Source: a bacterium (lineage in GTDB: Bacteria > Patescibacteriota > Minisyncoccia > JAUYLV01). From it: 64,000 bases of DNA. Every line of letters begins with the position of its first letter. Within the stretch, counting starts at the first letter, position 1. The stretch is taken from NCBI GenBank assembly GCA_030649025.1, contig JAUSGO010000016.1, forward strand, positions 4,851 through 68,850. Direction: 5' to 3'. This document shows positions 37,294 through 47,405 of this stretch, in pieces. Below the pieces are notes generated by a model, which did no database searches, was not told the origin of the DNA, and was given only the letters and a program-made list of their open reading frames with translations. Both the position numbers and the translations under genes were made by a program.

Positions 37294-39126
37294 TTAGGGT
37301 GTTTGGGGAGACGACAACGTCTCTCCGGCAATCAGTTTTCGGACCTGCTCGCCATCAAGCGTCTCGTGAAGAAGCAGCGCTTCGGCAATGCTTTTCAATA
37401 TTTGGTGGTTTTTATCCAGGATATCTTTCGCGGTCTTGTACGCTTGAGACGCCAGACTTTTCACTTCCTCGTCAATATCCTGCGCGGTTTTTTCAGAATA
37501 ATTCCTAAGTTGCTGATCCGATATCTGCTTGGCCAAAAATGGGTTTTCTGCGCCAACACCGAATTTGAGGAGGCCAAGATTTTCCGACATGCCCCACTCA
37601 CACACCATCTTGCGGGCAAGATGGCTTACCTGCTCAATGTCGTTGGCTGCACCCGTGGTGATTTGGCCCAAAAACAGCTCTTCGGCAACTCGCCCGCCCA
37701 TTAGGACCGCAAGACGGCTTTCCAGGTACTTCCGGGTATAGCCGTGTTTGTCTTCTTCCGGTAACTGCATCGTCACTCCCAAAGCCATCCCCCGCGGAAT
37801 GATCGTCACCTTGTGTATCGGATCGGTGTGGGGAAGACTTGCGGCAACCAGAGTATGTCCGGCTTCGTGGTACGCGGTGTTTTTCTTTTCATCTTCGCTC
37901 AACACCAGAGAGCGGCGTTCCGCACCCATAAGTACTTTGTCTTTCGCTTTTTCAAAGTCGGTCATGGCAACCGTTCCTCGATTTTGGCGAGCGGCAATAA
38001 GGGCCGCTTCGTTGACGAGATTCGCCAGGTCCGCTCCGGAAAACCCCGGCGTACCCCGGGCAATTACCGCAAGCTTCACATCTTCGCCCATGGGAACTTT
38101 TTGGACATGAACCTGGAGAATGCCGGTGCGGCCGTTAATATCCGGAAGCGACACCACGACACGCCTGTCAAATCTTCCCGGACGCAGTAACGCCGGATCC
38201 AGAATATCGGGCCTGTTGGTCGCCGCGATCATGATAATGCCTTCATTTCCATCAAAACCGTCCATTTCCACAAGAAGCTGGTTGAGCGTCTGTTCTCGTT
38301 CGTCGTGCCCGCCGCCAATTCCCGCACCTCGATGCCGGCCCACCGCATCTATCTCATCAATAAAAATGATGCAGGGGGCGCTCTTCTTGCCTTGTTCAAA
38401 AAGATCCCTTACGCGGCTTGCGCCGACACCAACGAACATCTCCACGAAATCGGACCCCGAAATGGAAAAAAAGGGAACACTTGCCTCTCCGGCAACGGCG
38501 CGGGCAAGCAGAGTCTTGCCGGTTCCAGGAGGACCAATCAGGAGCGCGCCACGAGGTATGCGTCCACCAAGCTTCTGGAACTTCCCGGGATCTTTTAGAA
38601 ATTCAATGACCTCTTGCAGTTCTTCTTTTGCTTCCTCAACTCCGGCGACATCCTTGAAAGTGATTTTTTTCTGGTTCGGCCTTAAAAGCCTTGCCTTGGA
38701 TTTGCCAAATGAGAGAGCTTTATTGCTGCCGGATTGCATTTGCCCCATCATCAAGATCCAAACGCCGATTAATAACAGAAACGGACCAAAATTCATCAAA
38801 GCGCTCAACCACCAATTCGCCTGTTCCTTGGGAAGAATCTTTGTGTTGACATTCTTTTCTCGAAGATGCCGGTAGATGTCGGGGTCGCCCGGAGGTATTG
38901 TTGCGGTAAATTTCCCTCCGCTCTTCAGCATCCCTCGCATATCGCCATCCGGAGCAATTTCCACCGAGGAGATTTTGCCATCGGAAATCTGGCTGTACAG
39001 CTCGCTGTACGTAAGATTGACCGGACCCGCTGCTCGCTCGGTGTTAATGAGCGCATAATAAAGTATCACCGCGCCAATGATGAAGATGCCAAACCAGAAC
39101 CTCGAAGCTGTTTTTTTACCATTCAT
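37294..39126 (-). CDS. ftsH: ATP-dependent zinc metalloprotease FtsH
   Basis: Two TMs, [19 protein letters not shown]; GGAGG SD before MNGKK; terminator at 37278-37304. Confidence 0.97.
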   Translation of the reverse strand: MNGKKTASRFWFGIFIIGAVILYYALINTERAAGPVNLTYSELYSQISDGKISSVEIAPDGDMRGMLKSGGKFTATIPPGDPDIYRHLREKNVNTKILPKEQANWWLSALMNFGPFLLLIGVWILMMGQMQSGSNKALSFGKSKARLLRPNQKKITFKDVAGVEEAKEELQEVIEFLKDPGKFQKLGGRIPRGALLIGPPGTGKTLLARAVAGEASVPFFSISGSDFVEMFVGVGASRVRDLFEQGKKSAPCIIFIDEIDAVGRHRGAGIGGGHDEREQTLNQLLVEMDGFDGNEGIIMIAATNRPDILDPALLRPGRFDRRVVVSLPDINGRTGILQVHVQKVPMGEDVKLAVIARGTPGFSGADLANLVNEAALIAARQNRGTVAMTDFEKAKDKVLMGAERRSLVLSEDEKKNTAYHEAGHTLVAASLPHTDPIHKVTIIPRGMALGVTMQLPEEDKHGYTRKYLESRLAVLMGGRVAEELFLGQITTGAANDIEQVSHLARKMVCEWGMSENLGLLKFGVGAENPFLAKQISDQQLRNYSEKTAQDIDEEVKSLASQAYKTAKDILDKNHQILKSIAEALLLHETLDGEQVRKLIAGETLSSPQTP

Positions 39127-39305
39127 AACTGCCTCCGATATGCAATTTTCAAAAATCAATCCGCGTCTTAAGGGATTGCAGGCAATCTCACGTACATGCA
39201 TTTGAGAAAAATTGCTTGCAATCTCTCAATGCCATCCAAAACTACTCATTGGGCCGAGGTGAGCTCTTGAGCAGTTTCGCGAAGCATTCTGTCCAGACGA
39301 GCGCC

Positions 39306-39992
39306 TTACCATTTTTTCTTCGTCAGCGCGTTTTCCGCCGCGTGCTCTTCGGCTTCCTGCTTGGACGCGCCCTCTCCTTCGGCTACAAGATCCTGACCCA
39401 CAAAAACTCCGACGCGGAAACGCTTGTCGTGATCGGGTCCCCATTCAGCCACAACTTGATATGAGGGCGTGGCGCCGACGCGGTCCTGCGCTTCTTCCTG
39501 AAGACGGCTTTTGGGATCTTTGTAGCTGCGCTCTTCCAGGATCCTTGGAAGTTCCTTTATAACCACGCGTTCAATAAATTCACGCGCTGCTTCATAACCC
39601 AGGTCCAAATACATTGCTCCCACCACGGCTTCAATGGCGTTTGCAAGAATATACTGGCGCGCCCGGCCCATATCTTTTGCCTCACCGCGAGAAAGCATCA
39701 AAAAATCCTCAATACCGGCCTCACGAGCAAGATAAGAAAGTATCTTAGCATTAACCAGCGACGCGCGCCAGTTGGTGAGATCTCCCTCGGGATTTGGATA
39801 GTTTTTATATAAAAACTCCGTCACTGCAAGCTCAATGACGGCGTCTCCCAAAAATTCAAGACGCTCGTTGTGATCAAGTCCGAGCGACGGATTTTCGTTC
39901 AAATACGAGCGATGGACAAGCGCCTGGCGCAAGAGATCCTTGTTTCGAAATTCTATGCCAAGCCTTGCTTCAAGCAATGAGAAATCCAACAT
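39306..39992 (-). CDS. rnc: Ribonuclease III
   Basis: HNERLEFLGDA and dsRBD (SKQEAEEHAA). Confidence 0.97.
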   Translation of the reverse strand: MLDFSLLEARLGIEFRNKDLLRQALVHRSYLNENPSLGLDHNERLEFLGDAVIELAVTEFLYKNYPNPEGDLTNWRASLVNAKILSYLAREAGIEDFLMLSRGEAKDMGRARQYILANAIEAVVGAMYLDLGYEAAREFIERVVIKELPRILEERSYKDPKSRLQEEAQDRVGATPSYQVVAEWGPDHDKRFRVGVFVGQDLVAEGEGASKQEAEEHAAENALTKKKW

Positions 39993-40118
39993 GCTGTTGA
40001 CGGGCGTCCACTAACGAAGAAGCGATTCCTCCAATGCGCGTCCTCATTAGTACACACCTCTCTTATAACGAATATCCAATCTCTAATTTCTAATAAAACT
40101 TTAATTGGATATTTGATA

Positions 40119-40658
40119 TTAGACATTACCTCCGGCATCCTCTGCCACTGACGATTGCGGTGTTTCTGACGGTGCCGCGTTGTCACCTACGACTTTCTCC
40201 TTCTCTTCTTTTGCCGGGGGTTTGTGGTCTTTCATCGGCTCTCCGATCTCTCGATAGATGGTGCCCAGCACTCCGTTTATGAATTTTCCGGAAGATTCTC
40301 CTCCGAATGTTTTGGCAAGTTCGATAGCTTCGTTGATGGCGACCTTGGGAGGAACTTCCTCGCGGTTGCCGTAGAGTAATTCGTAAATGCCCACCCTCAG
40401 CACATTGCGGTCAACGGGCGTGATCTGTTCAAGCGGCCATTCGGGAGCGCAGCGGACAATGATCTCGTTTATCTGCGGGATTTTTTCCAAGACTTTTGCC
40501 ACTAGATCCTTGACAAACGTCGCATCTTCCATGCCGGGTCCGAATTCGCGGATATTTTTTTCCACGATGTCATCCAATTTTGCCATGTCTTTGCCGCGAA
40601 AATCCCACTCAAAGAGCGACTGCATGGCGATGGATCTGGATAAATGCCTATTGGCCAT
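40119..40658 (-). CDS. nusB: Transcription antitermination factor NusB
   Basis: [38 protein letters not shown]. Confidence 0.95.
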   Translation of the reverse strand: MANRHLSRSIAMQSLFEWDFRGKDMAKLDDIVEKNIREFGPGMEDATFVKDLVAKVLEKIPQINEIIVRCAPEWPLEQITPVDRNVLRVGIYELLYGNREEVPPKVAINEAIELAKTFGGESSGKFINGVLGTIYREIGEPMKDHKPPAKEEKEKVVGDNAAPSETPQSSVAEDAGGNV

Positions 40659-40722
40659 TTTATCAAACAGCAAATAGCAATTAACAAATAGCAAAAAGTG
40701 TTATTTGTTTTTTGTTATATGC

Positions 40723-41016
40723 TTACTGTTTCTTCGAAAGCTCTTCCAGCGACTGCGAGGACTCGCCCTCCCCTTCTTTTTTTTCTTTTCCCGTGTCGCG
40801 CGCTTTGGCCTGGCGCTTCTTTGCCTTCTTCTCTGTTTTGGCGAGCGTATCGATGATTTCCTTTCCTTTGTAATAGCCGCAATGGGAGCAAACGATATGC
40901 GGCATGGTTGGGGCTCCGCAGTGAGAACAGACCGAAAACTGCCTGGCTTTTAAGGCAAGATGGCTTCTGCGACTATGGGTCCGACTATGGCTTTTATGTT
41001 TTTTTGGTACGGGCAT
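40723..41016 (-). CDS. rpmF: 50S ribosomal protein L32 with a basic C-terminal extension
   Basis: MPVPKK, CSHC...CSHCGYYKG. Confidence 0.93.
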   Translation of the reverse strand: MPVPKKHKSHSRTHSRRSHLALKARQFSVCSHCGAPTMPHIVCSHCGYYKGKEIIDTLAKTEKKAKKRQAKARDTGKEKKEGEGESSQSLEELSKKQ

Positions 41017-41072
41017 TTTTAAAACCTAGAGATTGAAGACATTATAAGACAGATGCTGAAAATAAGCAACCC

Positions 41073-41702
41073 TTAGTCTCCAAGATAAAAGGTTTTTCTA
41101 TGAATGGTGCACGGTCCGTGCAAGCGGAGCGCGCGATAATGAAGGGAGGTGCCATATCCCTTGTGCCGCGCAAAGCCGTAATTCGGAAACCTCCTGTCCA
41201 GTTTCCGCATGAGCCGGTCGCGCGTTACCTTGGCAATAATGGATGCGGCGGCGATACTGAAAACCTTCTGGTCCCCCCGGACAATGCAATGATGCGGAAG
41301 ATTGCACACAAGCATTTTGCGCAGACTTGATGGAGAAAAATGTCCATCCAGAAGCAGATGGTCCGGCTTTATATCAAGATCGTCTATTGCTTTTTGCATC
41401 GCCTCAAGGGACGCGTTGGCGATATTGATGCGGTCAATGATGCGGTGGGAAACGATGCCGACTCCCCAAGAAACACATGATGCAGTGATGACGCCATATA
41501 AGCTCTCGCGCTTTGTTTCGGTGAGCTGTTTGGAGTCTTTTACTTCTTTGAGGGCTTTCGGAATATATCCGTTGGAAAATACGGTAGCAGCGGCAACCAC
41601 GGGACCCGCAAGAGCTCCGCGTCCCACCTCATCAATTCCTGCGACATGCAAAAAGCCGTCGCGCCAGAGCCGATGTTCATATGCAAGCGTGGGCCTGATC
41701 AT
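41073..41702 (-). CDS. rnhB: Ribonuclease HII
   Basis: GIDEVGRGALAGPV, DSK, AASIIAKVTRD, HKGYGT. Confidence 0.95.
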   Translation of the reverse strand: MIRPTLAYEHRLWRDGFLHVAGIDEVGRGALAGPVVAAATVFSNGYIPKALKEVKDSKQLTETKRESLYGVITASCVSWGVGIVSHRIIDRINIANASLEAMQKAIDDLDIKPDHLLLDGHFSPSSLRKMLVCNLPHHCIVRGDQKVFSIAAASIIAKVTRDRLMRKLDRRFPNYGFARHKGYGTSLHYRALRLHGPCTIHRKTFYLGD

Positions 41703-41728
41703 GAGCGCAGTGTAACATGGCTGAAACC

Positions 41729-41877
41729 ACCCCGCACTTATTCCGTAGAAATTTTTCGCTATATCGAATCAGAGCCGCAGTAGCGGCTTGCGCCTCACCG
41801 AAGCCCGAACATCACAGGCGTATCGAGAGAATAAGTGCGGGGTTTCGTTTTGTTGCCATCCCGCCCTGGCGGGATGG
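41729..41877. repeat. Structured intergenic element (15-bp inverted arms enclosing two hairpins, plus a separate GC hairpin)
   Basis: ACCCCGCACTTATTC (41729-41743) and GAATAAGTGCGGGGT (41829-41843); CCATCCCGCC-ct-GGCGGGATGG (41856-41877). Confidence 0.6.
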
Positions 41878-41930
41878 ACAAAACATCAAAAAAGCCTCTT
41901 TAAAAGAGAGGCTCCGAGCTTCTGCCATGT

Positions 41931-42437
41931 TTAGGATATAGACTTGAGCGCTTTGACCAATTTTCTCTGAAATCCGATAATCCGGGAACCAAGCGTCGCA
42001 AATTCCGACCTATCGGTATATGGCTCAAGATTTTTTACCATGACATTGTTTGCATCCAGGACCGCGCACAAGCCGAATCCCTCATAGCGCTTTGTAAACT
42101 CACCGGGCAATTGCGTATTCCCGCCGAAAACCCGGGTGTGCACACAAATGATCTTCTTGGTCGAAAAGACGACGCGGGAAACGGCAAGCGCCGATTCGCC
42201 AACCCTTATGGGCTTCATAAAAATCACCGTGTGGCCGACGTGGATAGACGGCAGTCCCTTTGTGCCCACAAACAAAGTAGCAAGGCTTCCGGACAACTCG
42301 TCGATCACCTCAAGTACTTTGCCGCCGAAAAGCATCTTGCGGCCGTTCTCGCCCTCGGGAAAAACCTCGAAAAATTTTTTCAACTCAACTACGCGCCCAT
42401 CTTTGTCTTTTGTAAAGAGCTCTTCTCCTGCATTCAT
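41931..42437 (-). CDS. Hot-dog fold acyl-CoA thioesterase-like protein
   Basis: VFP..N...LFGGKVLEVIDE and FMKPIRVG; own SD and terminator (41888-41913). Confidence 0.65.
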   Translation of the reverse strand: MNAGEELFTKDKDGRVVELKKFFEVFPEGENGRKMLFGGKVLEVIDELSGSLATLFVGTKGLPSIHVGHTVIFMKPIRVGESALAVSRVVFSTKKIICVHTRVFGGNTQLPGEFTKRYEGFGLCAVLDANNVMVKNLEPYTDRSEFATLGSRIIGFQRKLVKALKSIS

Positions 42438-42556
42438 TTTTTCCTCCCTTATCCTGATAAGTTTAGGGGTAGCTTGGGGTATTTGTCAATTGACGCGGCA
42501 CATCTGCGGTACTACAGTATCTACGAAAGACGGAGTCCTTTAACAAAGGAGCGGCC

Positions 42557-43390
42557 ATGGATGACATCGGAAAGTTCAACGTGTGCGTGAATACCGTGGT
42601 GAACACCTTTTATGTTCACAATCTCATGATGCACGTTGTCAGAACCGAATCTCCGGAAAGATCCCGGCACGACCTGGAGCGCTATCGAAAGGATCTGCGC
42701 GATTTTGGAGAGAAAACACTTGCCTCCTATGCAGACATCATTTTATCCTATTTGGTCATTGCCATTGCCGGAGAGGTCCGGAATTTGGATAGCCGTGCAT
42801 TCAAGATAAAGAATAATCCGAAGAAAACGAAGTTGGCGATAAAAAAACTATCCGAAGCCGGAGTATGTTTCGAGAAAAGCAAGGCGAGGTCCGTCACTCA
42901 AAAACAGGTACTTCAGAGTCTTGGAGGTTCAAGCGACGAAGAGATCAAGGATTTCCTCGAGGCCGCATATGAAGCATTCAAGTACTGGAAAGGAAGCAGC
43001 ACGTTTGGAGGAAGACCCTGGAAAAGAATATCACAAACAGCCCTTCATTATTCCCAGGGAAAACTGGACTGTGGGCAGTTCCTTGATACGGTCTTTACTC
43101 TCGAACATCACGGCGGGGAACTTTTTGACAAGCATCCTTCGTTTGCGGTTCACACCAAAAGCGACGTGCTTAAAGACCAGCTTGAGGTGCAGTCAAAAGC
43201 CAAGAATATCGCACAACTTATCATGGGCCTCACAAACCTCCACAAAAAATTCGACGAAGGACTTGTGGAGCTTTTGCGGCGGGGTGCCGCGATGCAGTAC
43301 TGGAAAAGGGATCTGGTCCAGTATTGTACTGGCCGAGCAGCCATAAAGAAAAAATCGTCCGAGAAAAAGAAAGGGGGGCCTCATGCGTAA
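42557..43390 (+). CDS. Hypothetical protein
   Basis: 277 aa; promoter TTGACG-N17-TACAGT and SD AAGGAG; FGG..W..I...FLD....LEHHGG.LFDK segment. Confidence 0.7.
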   Translation: MDDIGKFNVCVNTVVNTFYVHNLMMHVVRTESPERSRHDLERYRKDLRDFGEKTLASYADIILSYLVIAIAGEVRNLDSRAFKIKNNPKKTKLAIKKLSEAGVCFEKSKARSVTQKQVLQSLGGSSDEEIKDFLEAAYEAFKYWKGSSTFGGRPWKRISQTALHYSQGKLDCGQFLDTVFTLEHHGGELFDKHPSFAVHTKSDVLKDQLEVQSKAKNIAQLIMGLTNLHKKFDEGLVELLRRGAAMQYWKRDLVQYCTGRAAIKKKSSEKKKGGPHA

Positions 43391-43913
43391 ATCTCGTACA
43401 CGCGTTTTCTGCTCCCACCCGGGACAAACCATCAACATAGGCAACTATGCGCTTCGCGCGGGGGCTTTATCAAATATGCGCCCCGAAAGCCTCCGCGACA
43501 TCGATGTCCTCATCTGTCTTGCGGAAACCATCCCTTCGGCGATCTGGTCAATGGAATTTACCGGAACGCATGCTTGGGCATACCCCATTGAAGATTTCCA
43601 TGGAGCAAGGGGGCCATGGAAGCAGTTCCTGAAGGAGGTTGAGGGGGCTCTTCGGGCCGGCAGAAGAATATTCGCGTGCTGCGAGGGTGGGCACGGAAGA
43701 ACGGGAATGTTTCTTGCGTCAATGATAGCGTTGCTTGAAAAATCCTCAGACCCTGTTGCTATCGTACGCGAACGATACTGCAGGGAAGCCGTGGAAACTC
43801 TTCCGCAGATGCAAACTATTTTTTCATTGCTCGAGCAAGAGGTGCCGCCGCATTATAGAAACGAACTGGCGGATCGAGAAACATCCCCATTGCTCCGGCG
43901 AGAGATGGACTAA
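43383..43913 (+). CDS. Protein-tyrosine / dual-specificity phosphatase-fold protein
   Basis: CX5R loop CEGGHGRTG, YPIEDF acid loop, AVET..Q; overlaps upstream gene by 8 nt. Confidence 0.8.
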   Translation: MRKSRTRVFCSHPGQTINIGNYALRAGALSNMRPESLRDIDVLICLAETIPSAIWSMEFTGTHAWAYPIEDFHGARGPWKQFLKEVEGALRAGRRIFACCEGGHGRTGMFLASMIALLEKSSDPVAIVRERYCREAVETLPQMQTIFSLLEQEVPPHYRNELADRETSPLLRREMD

Positions 43914-43997
43914 AAATATAGATAACACCACACACCCGCTTGAAAAAGCGGGTTTTCCACAAGTGTACGAAACTTTCTTTGCGCGTAGAATAAGGTC

Positions 43998-46900
43998 ATG
44001 AAATTCGTGCACCTCCACGTCCATTCGCACTATTCGCTTCTTGACGGACTTTCAAAAATAGATGAGCTTGTGGTGCGCGCAAAGGAATTGGGCATGGAGG
44101 CTCTCGCACTAACAGACCATGGTGCCATGTATGGCATCATTGAATTTTATCAGAAGGCAAAAAAAGCTGGCATCAAACCCATTATTGGACAGGAATTCTA
44201 TGTTACGGCAGGCTCTATGCATGATAAGCGCGCGAAAATAGACGACCAGCGCTACCACTTGACGGTTCTCGCAAAAAATAACATTGGGTATAAAAACCTC
44301 ATCAAGCTCTCCACTGTCGCGCATCTGGAGGGTTTTTATTATAAGCCTCGGATCGACAGGCCGACGCTTGCAAAACATTCCGAAGGCCTCATTGGGCTTT
44401 CGGGGTGCCTCAATGGAGAAATTCCCAAAGCTCTGCTTTCGGGAGACCTGGAGCGCGCAAGATCGTTGGCTAAGGAATACCAGCATATTTTCGGAAAAGA
44501 GAATTTCTATCTGGAAATACAGCGCCATAGCAATATGAAGGAGCTCGAGACGGTAAATCCGGGACTTGAGAAACTCTCGGGGGAACTTGGTATACCGCTT
44601 GTAGCCACCTGCGATTCACATTATCTGCGTTCGGATGACCGAGAAACGCAGGATGTACTGGTTTGCATTCAAACGAACCAGAGCCTCGCGAAAGAAGAGC
44701 GGCTTACAATGAAAGACAACGACTACTCTCTGAAGTCTCCGGCAGAGATGTTCGAGCTTTTCGGAGACATGCCGCAAGCCATTGAAAACACCGTCCGTAT
44801 TGCCGAACAATGCAACGTAGAAATAGAGCTTGGAAAATCCCAACTTCCGCATTTCACGGTACCGGAAGGCTATGAAACAAATTCGTATCTTGAGATGCTG
44901 TGTCAAAGAGGATTAGAAAAGCGATACGGAATTTCCGCACCGGAAAAGAGAGAGCTTTCCGAGAAAGAACGTGAGATCGTTTCGAGGCTTGAATACGAAC
45001 TTGGAGTCATCGAAAAAACAGGATTCGGGTCATATTTCCTCATCGTGCAGGATTTTGTAAACTGGGCAAAAAACCAGGGTATTGTAGTGGGCCCCGGCAG
45101 GGGGTCTGCCGCAGGGAGCATTGTTTCTTACCTTCTTAACATTACCAATCTTGATCCTATCGCTCACGAACTCCTTTTTGAACGATTTCTGAACCCGGAG
45201 CGCATTTCCATGCCCGATATAGACCTTGACTTTGCCGATACGCGAAGAGACGAGGTCTTGGACTATGTTACGCAAAAATACGGCGCAGACCACGTGGCGC
45301 AGATCATCACCTTCGGCACCATGGCGGCCCGCGCCGCCATCCGAGACGCGGGAAGGGCTCTCGGCTATAACTATGGTTTATGCGACCGAATAGCCAAGCT
45401 CATCCCCGCTATGACCGACTTCAAAAAGACCATGGACAGCGTGGATGAGTTCAGGCAACTCTACAATACCGACCCTGAAGTGAAGCGACTTGTGAATGTT
45501 GCGCGTAAACTTGAGGGCGTAGCGCGCCATGCCTCCACCCATGCCTGTGGCGTGGTTATTTCCAAAGACCCGCTCACCGACTCGGTGCCCCTGCAGCAAG
45601 CCACCAATGGGGAAACGCTGGATGGTGAAAAAGTAAAAACCATCGTCACGCAGTATGAGATGCATGCGGTGGGAGAAGATGGTATTGGGCTCTTAAAGAT
45701 GGACTTTTTGGGGCTTATGAACCTCACTACTATTGAAGAAGCTCTTAAATTAATTCGTGAAAATCATGGACTAGATCTCAATATCGACACCTTAGAGCTA
45801 AATGATAAGAAAACATTCGAACTTTTCCGAAGGGCCCGCACCGTCGGCGTCTTCCAATTCGAATCACAGGGCATGCAAAGATATATGAAGGATCTGCGAC
45901 CTACGCAGTTCGAGGACCTGGTCGCTATGGTCGCGCTCTTCCGCCCCGGTCCCATGGAACTTATCCCCTCCTACATCAAACGCAAGCACGGGGAGGAACG
46001 AATCACCTATCTGCACCCAAAACTCGAACCCATTCTTAAAAATACCTACGGCGTGATCGTTTACCAGGAGCAAGTGATGGACATGGCGACCAACCTTGCC
46101 GGCCTTACCAAGGGCGAAGGATACCTTCTGATAAAAGCCGTAGGGAAAAAAATAAAATCACTGCTCGACGAGCAGAAAGATAAATTTATCAGCGGCTGCC
46201 GCAAGAACGGTGTTCCGGCCGAGACCGCAAACCGGGTTTGGGAGCTCATCGAGCCGTTCGCCCGGTACGGCTTCAATAAAGCCCACTCCGCATGCTACGC
46301 CCTGACCGGTTACCGGACAGGGTATCTCAAAGCAAACTATCCCAAGGAATTCATGACCGCGCTCTTAAACAGCGAATACGGCGACGTGGAACGGATCTCC
46401 GTGCTCATCGAAGAATGCCGCGAGATGCATATTCCGGTGCTCCCGCCAGATATCAACGAAAGCGGCATTAAATTCTCGGTGGTACAAAACGAAAGCGGGA
46501 GCGGCCAAGAGTACTCGGCACTTCCCCAGGAGAACCATATCAATAAAAAAGTAGATTCCGGGGGCGCCATCCGGTTTGGGCTTTCGGCCATAAAGAACGT
46601 GGGCGACAACGTGGTGCGCGTCATCGTGGAGGAACGTAAACGCAACGGAATTTTTACTTCTTTGCAGAACTTACTTGACCGCATTGATTCCAAGGACTTG
46701 AACAAAAAAAGCCTGGAAGCGCTTATGAAGGCCGGCGCATTCGATTCGCTCGGCGAAGACCGGGGCACGCTTCTGGCGTCCGTAGAAACGATGCTGAAGT
46801 ATGTGCGCGAAACCAAGAAGGTCCGTGAATCGGCACAGGCTTCACTCTTTGGAGGCGCCTCCACGGGTATATCATTTTCATTGCGGCTGGAAAAAGCCGA

Positions 46901-47324
46901 GCCCGCGTCCAAGTCCGATAAACTCGCCTGGGAAAAAGAGCTTTTGGGACTTTACGTGTCACAACATCCCTTGGACGATTTTCGCGACGCACTCCATAAA
47001 ACGACTATGCCGTTACATGAATTGGAAAGCGCGCAGGGACGTATCGTTACTGTAGGCGGCATGCTCACTCGACTGAAAAAAATCATCACCAAAACCGGCA
47101 AGCCCATGTACTTCGGAGAGCTTGAAGACCACACGGGAAAAGCGGAGGTAGTGCTGTTCCCCACAATCCTGGAAAAATATGGAGCGCTCTTGAAAGAAGA
47201 TGCGATACTCATCATGAACGGCAGGGTTGACCGCAGACAGAACGGGAATGGAAATGGATTTGCTTCGGACAGTCCGAAATTCATCTGCGAAACGGTAAAA
47301 GAACTTACCGCCCAAAGCGGTTGA
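43998..47324 (+). CDS. dnaE: DNA polymerase III alpha subunit
   Basis: HLHVHSHYSLLDG, GRGSAAGS, FERFLNPERISMPDIDLDF, YGFNKAH. Confidence 0.98.
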   Translation: MKFVHLHVHSHYSLLDGLSKIDELVVRAKELGMEALALTDHGAMYGIIEFYQKAKKAGIKPIIGQEFYVTAGSMHDKRAKIDDQRYHLTVLAKNNIGYKNLIKLSTVAHLEGFYYKPRIDRPTLAKHSEGLIGLSGCLNGEIPKALLSGDLERARSLAKEYQHIFGKENFYLEIQRHSNMKELETVNPGLEKLSGELGIPLVATCDSHYLRSDDRETQDVLVCIQTNQSLAKEERLTMKDNDYSLKSPAEMFELFGDMPQAIENTVRIAEQCNVEIELGKSQLPHFTVPEGYETNSYLEMLCQRGLEKRYGISAPEKRELSEKEREIVSRLEYELGVIEKTGFGSYFLIVQDFVNWAKNQGIVVGPGRGSAAGSIVSYLLNITNLDPIAHELLFERFLNPERISMPDIDLDFADTRRDEVLDYVTQKYGADHVAQIITFGTMAARAAIRDAGRALGYNYGLCDRIAKLIPAMTDFKKTMDSVDEFRQLYNTDPEVKRLVNVARKLEGVARHASTHACGVVISKDPLTDSVPLQQATNGETLDGEKVKTIVTQYEMHAVGEDGIGLLKMDFLGLMNLTTIEEALKLIRENHGLDLNIDTLELNDKKTFELFRRARTVGVFQFESQGMQRYMKDLRPTQFEDLVAMVALFRPGPMELIPSYIKRKHGEERITYLHPKLEPILKNTYGVIVYQEQVMDMATNLAGLTKGEGYLLIKAVGKKIKSLLDEQKDKFISGCRKNGVPAETANRVWELIEPFARYGFNKAHSACYALTGYRTGYLKANYPKEFMTALLNSEYGDVERISVLIEECREMHIPVLPPDINESGIKFSVVQNESGSGQEYSALPQENHINKKVDSGGAIRFGLSAIKNVGDNVVRVIVEERKRNGIFTSLQNLLDRIDSKDLNKKSLEALMKAGAFDSLGEDRGTLLASVETMLKYVRETKKVRESAQASLFGGASTGISFSLRLEKAEPASKSDKLAWEKELLGLYVSQHPLDDFRDALHKTTMPLHELESAQGRIVTVGGMLTRLKKIITKTGKPMYFGELEDHTGKAEVVLFPTILEKYGALLKEDAILIMNGRVDRRQNGNGNGFASDSPKFICETVKELTAQSG

Positions 47325-47405
47325 CGCACTCTTGAAGTGTGATACCCTTCAGGCTAGGAGGGCTTTTGTTCATTTCCAACAATTCCAAGAGTAAAAGGAG
47401 ACAAT

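Noticed and set aside
43952-43960. Replication origin (DnaA box near the strand switch)
   Set aside because: Only a single TTTTCCACA, overlapping a terminator tail; no box cluster or dnaA.
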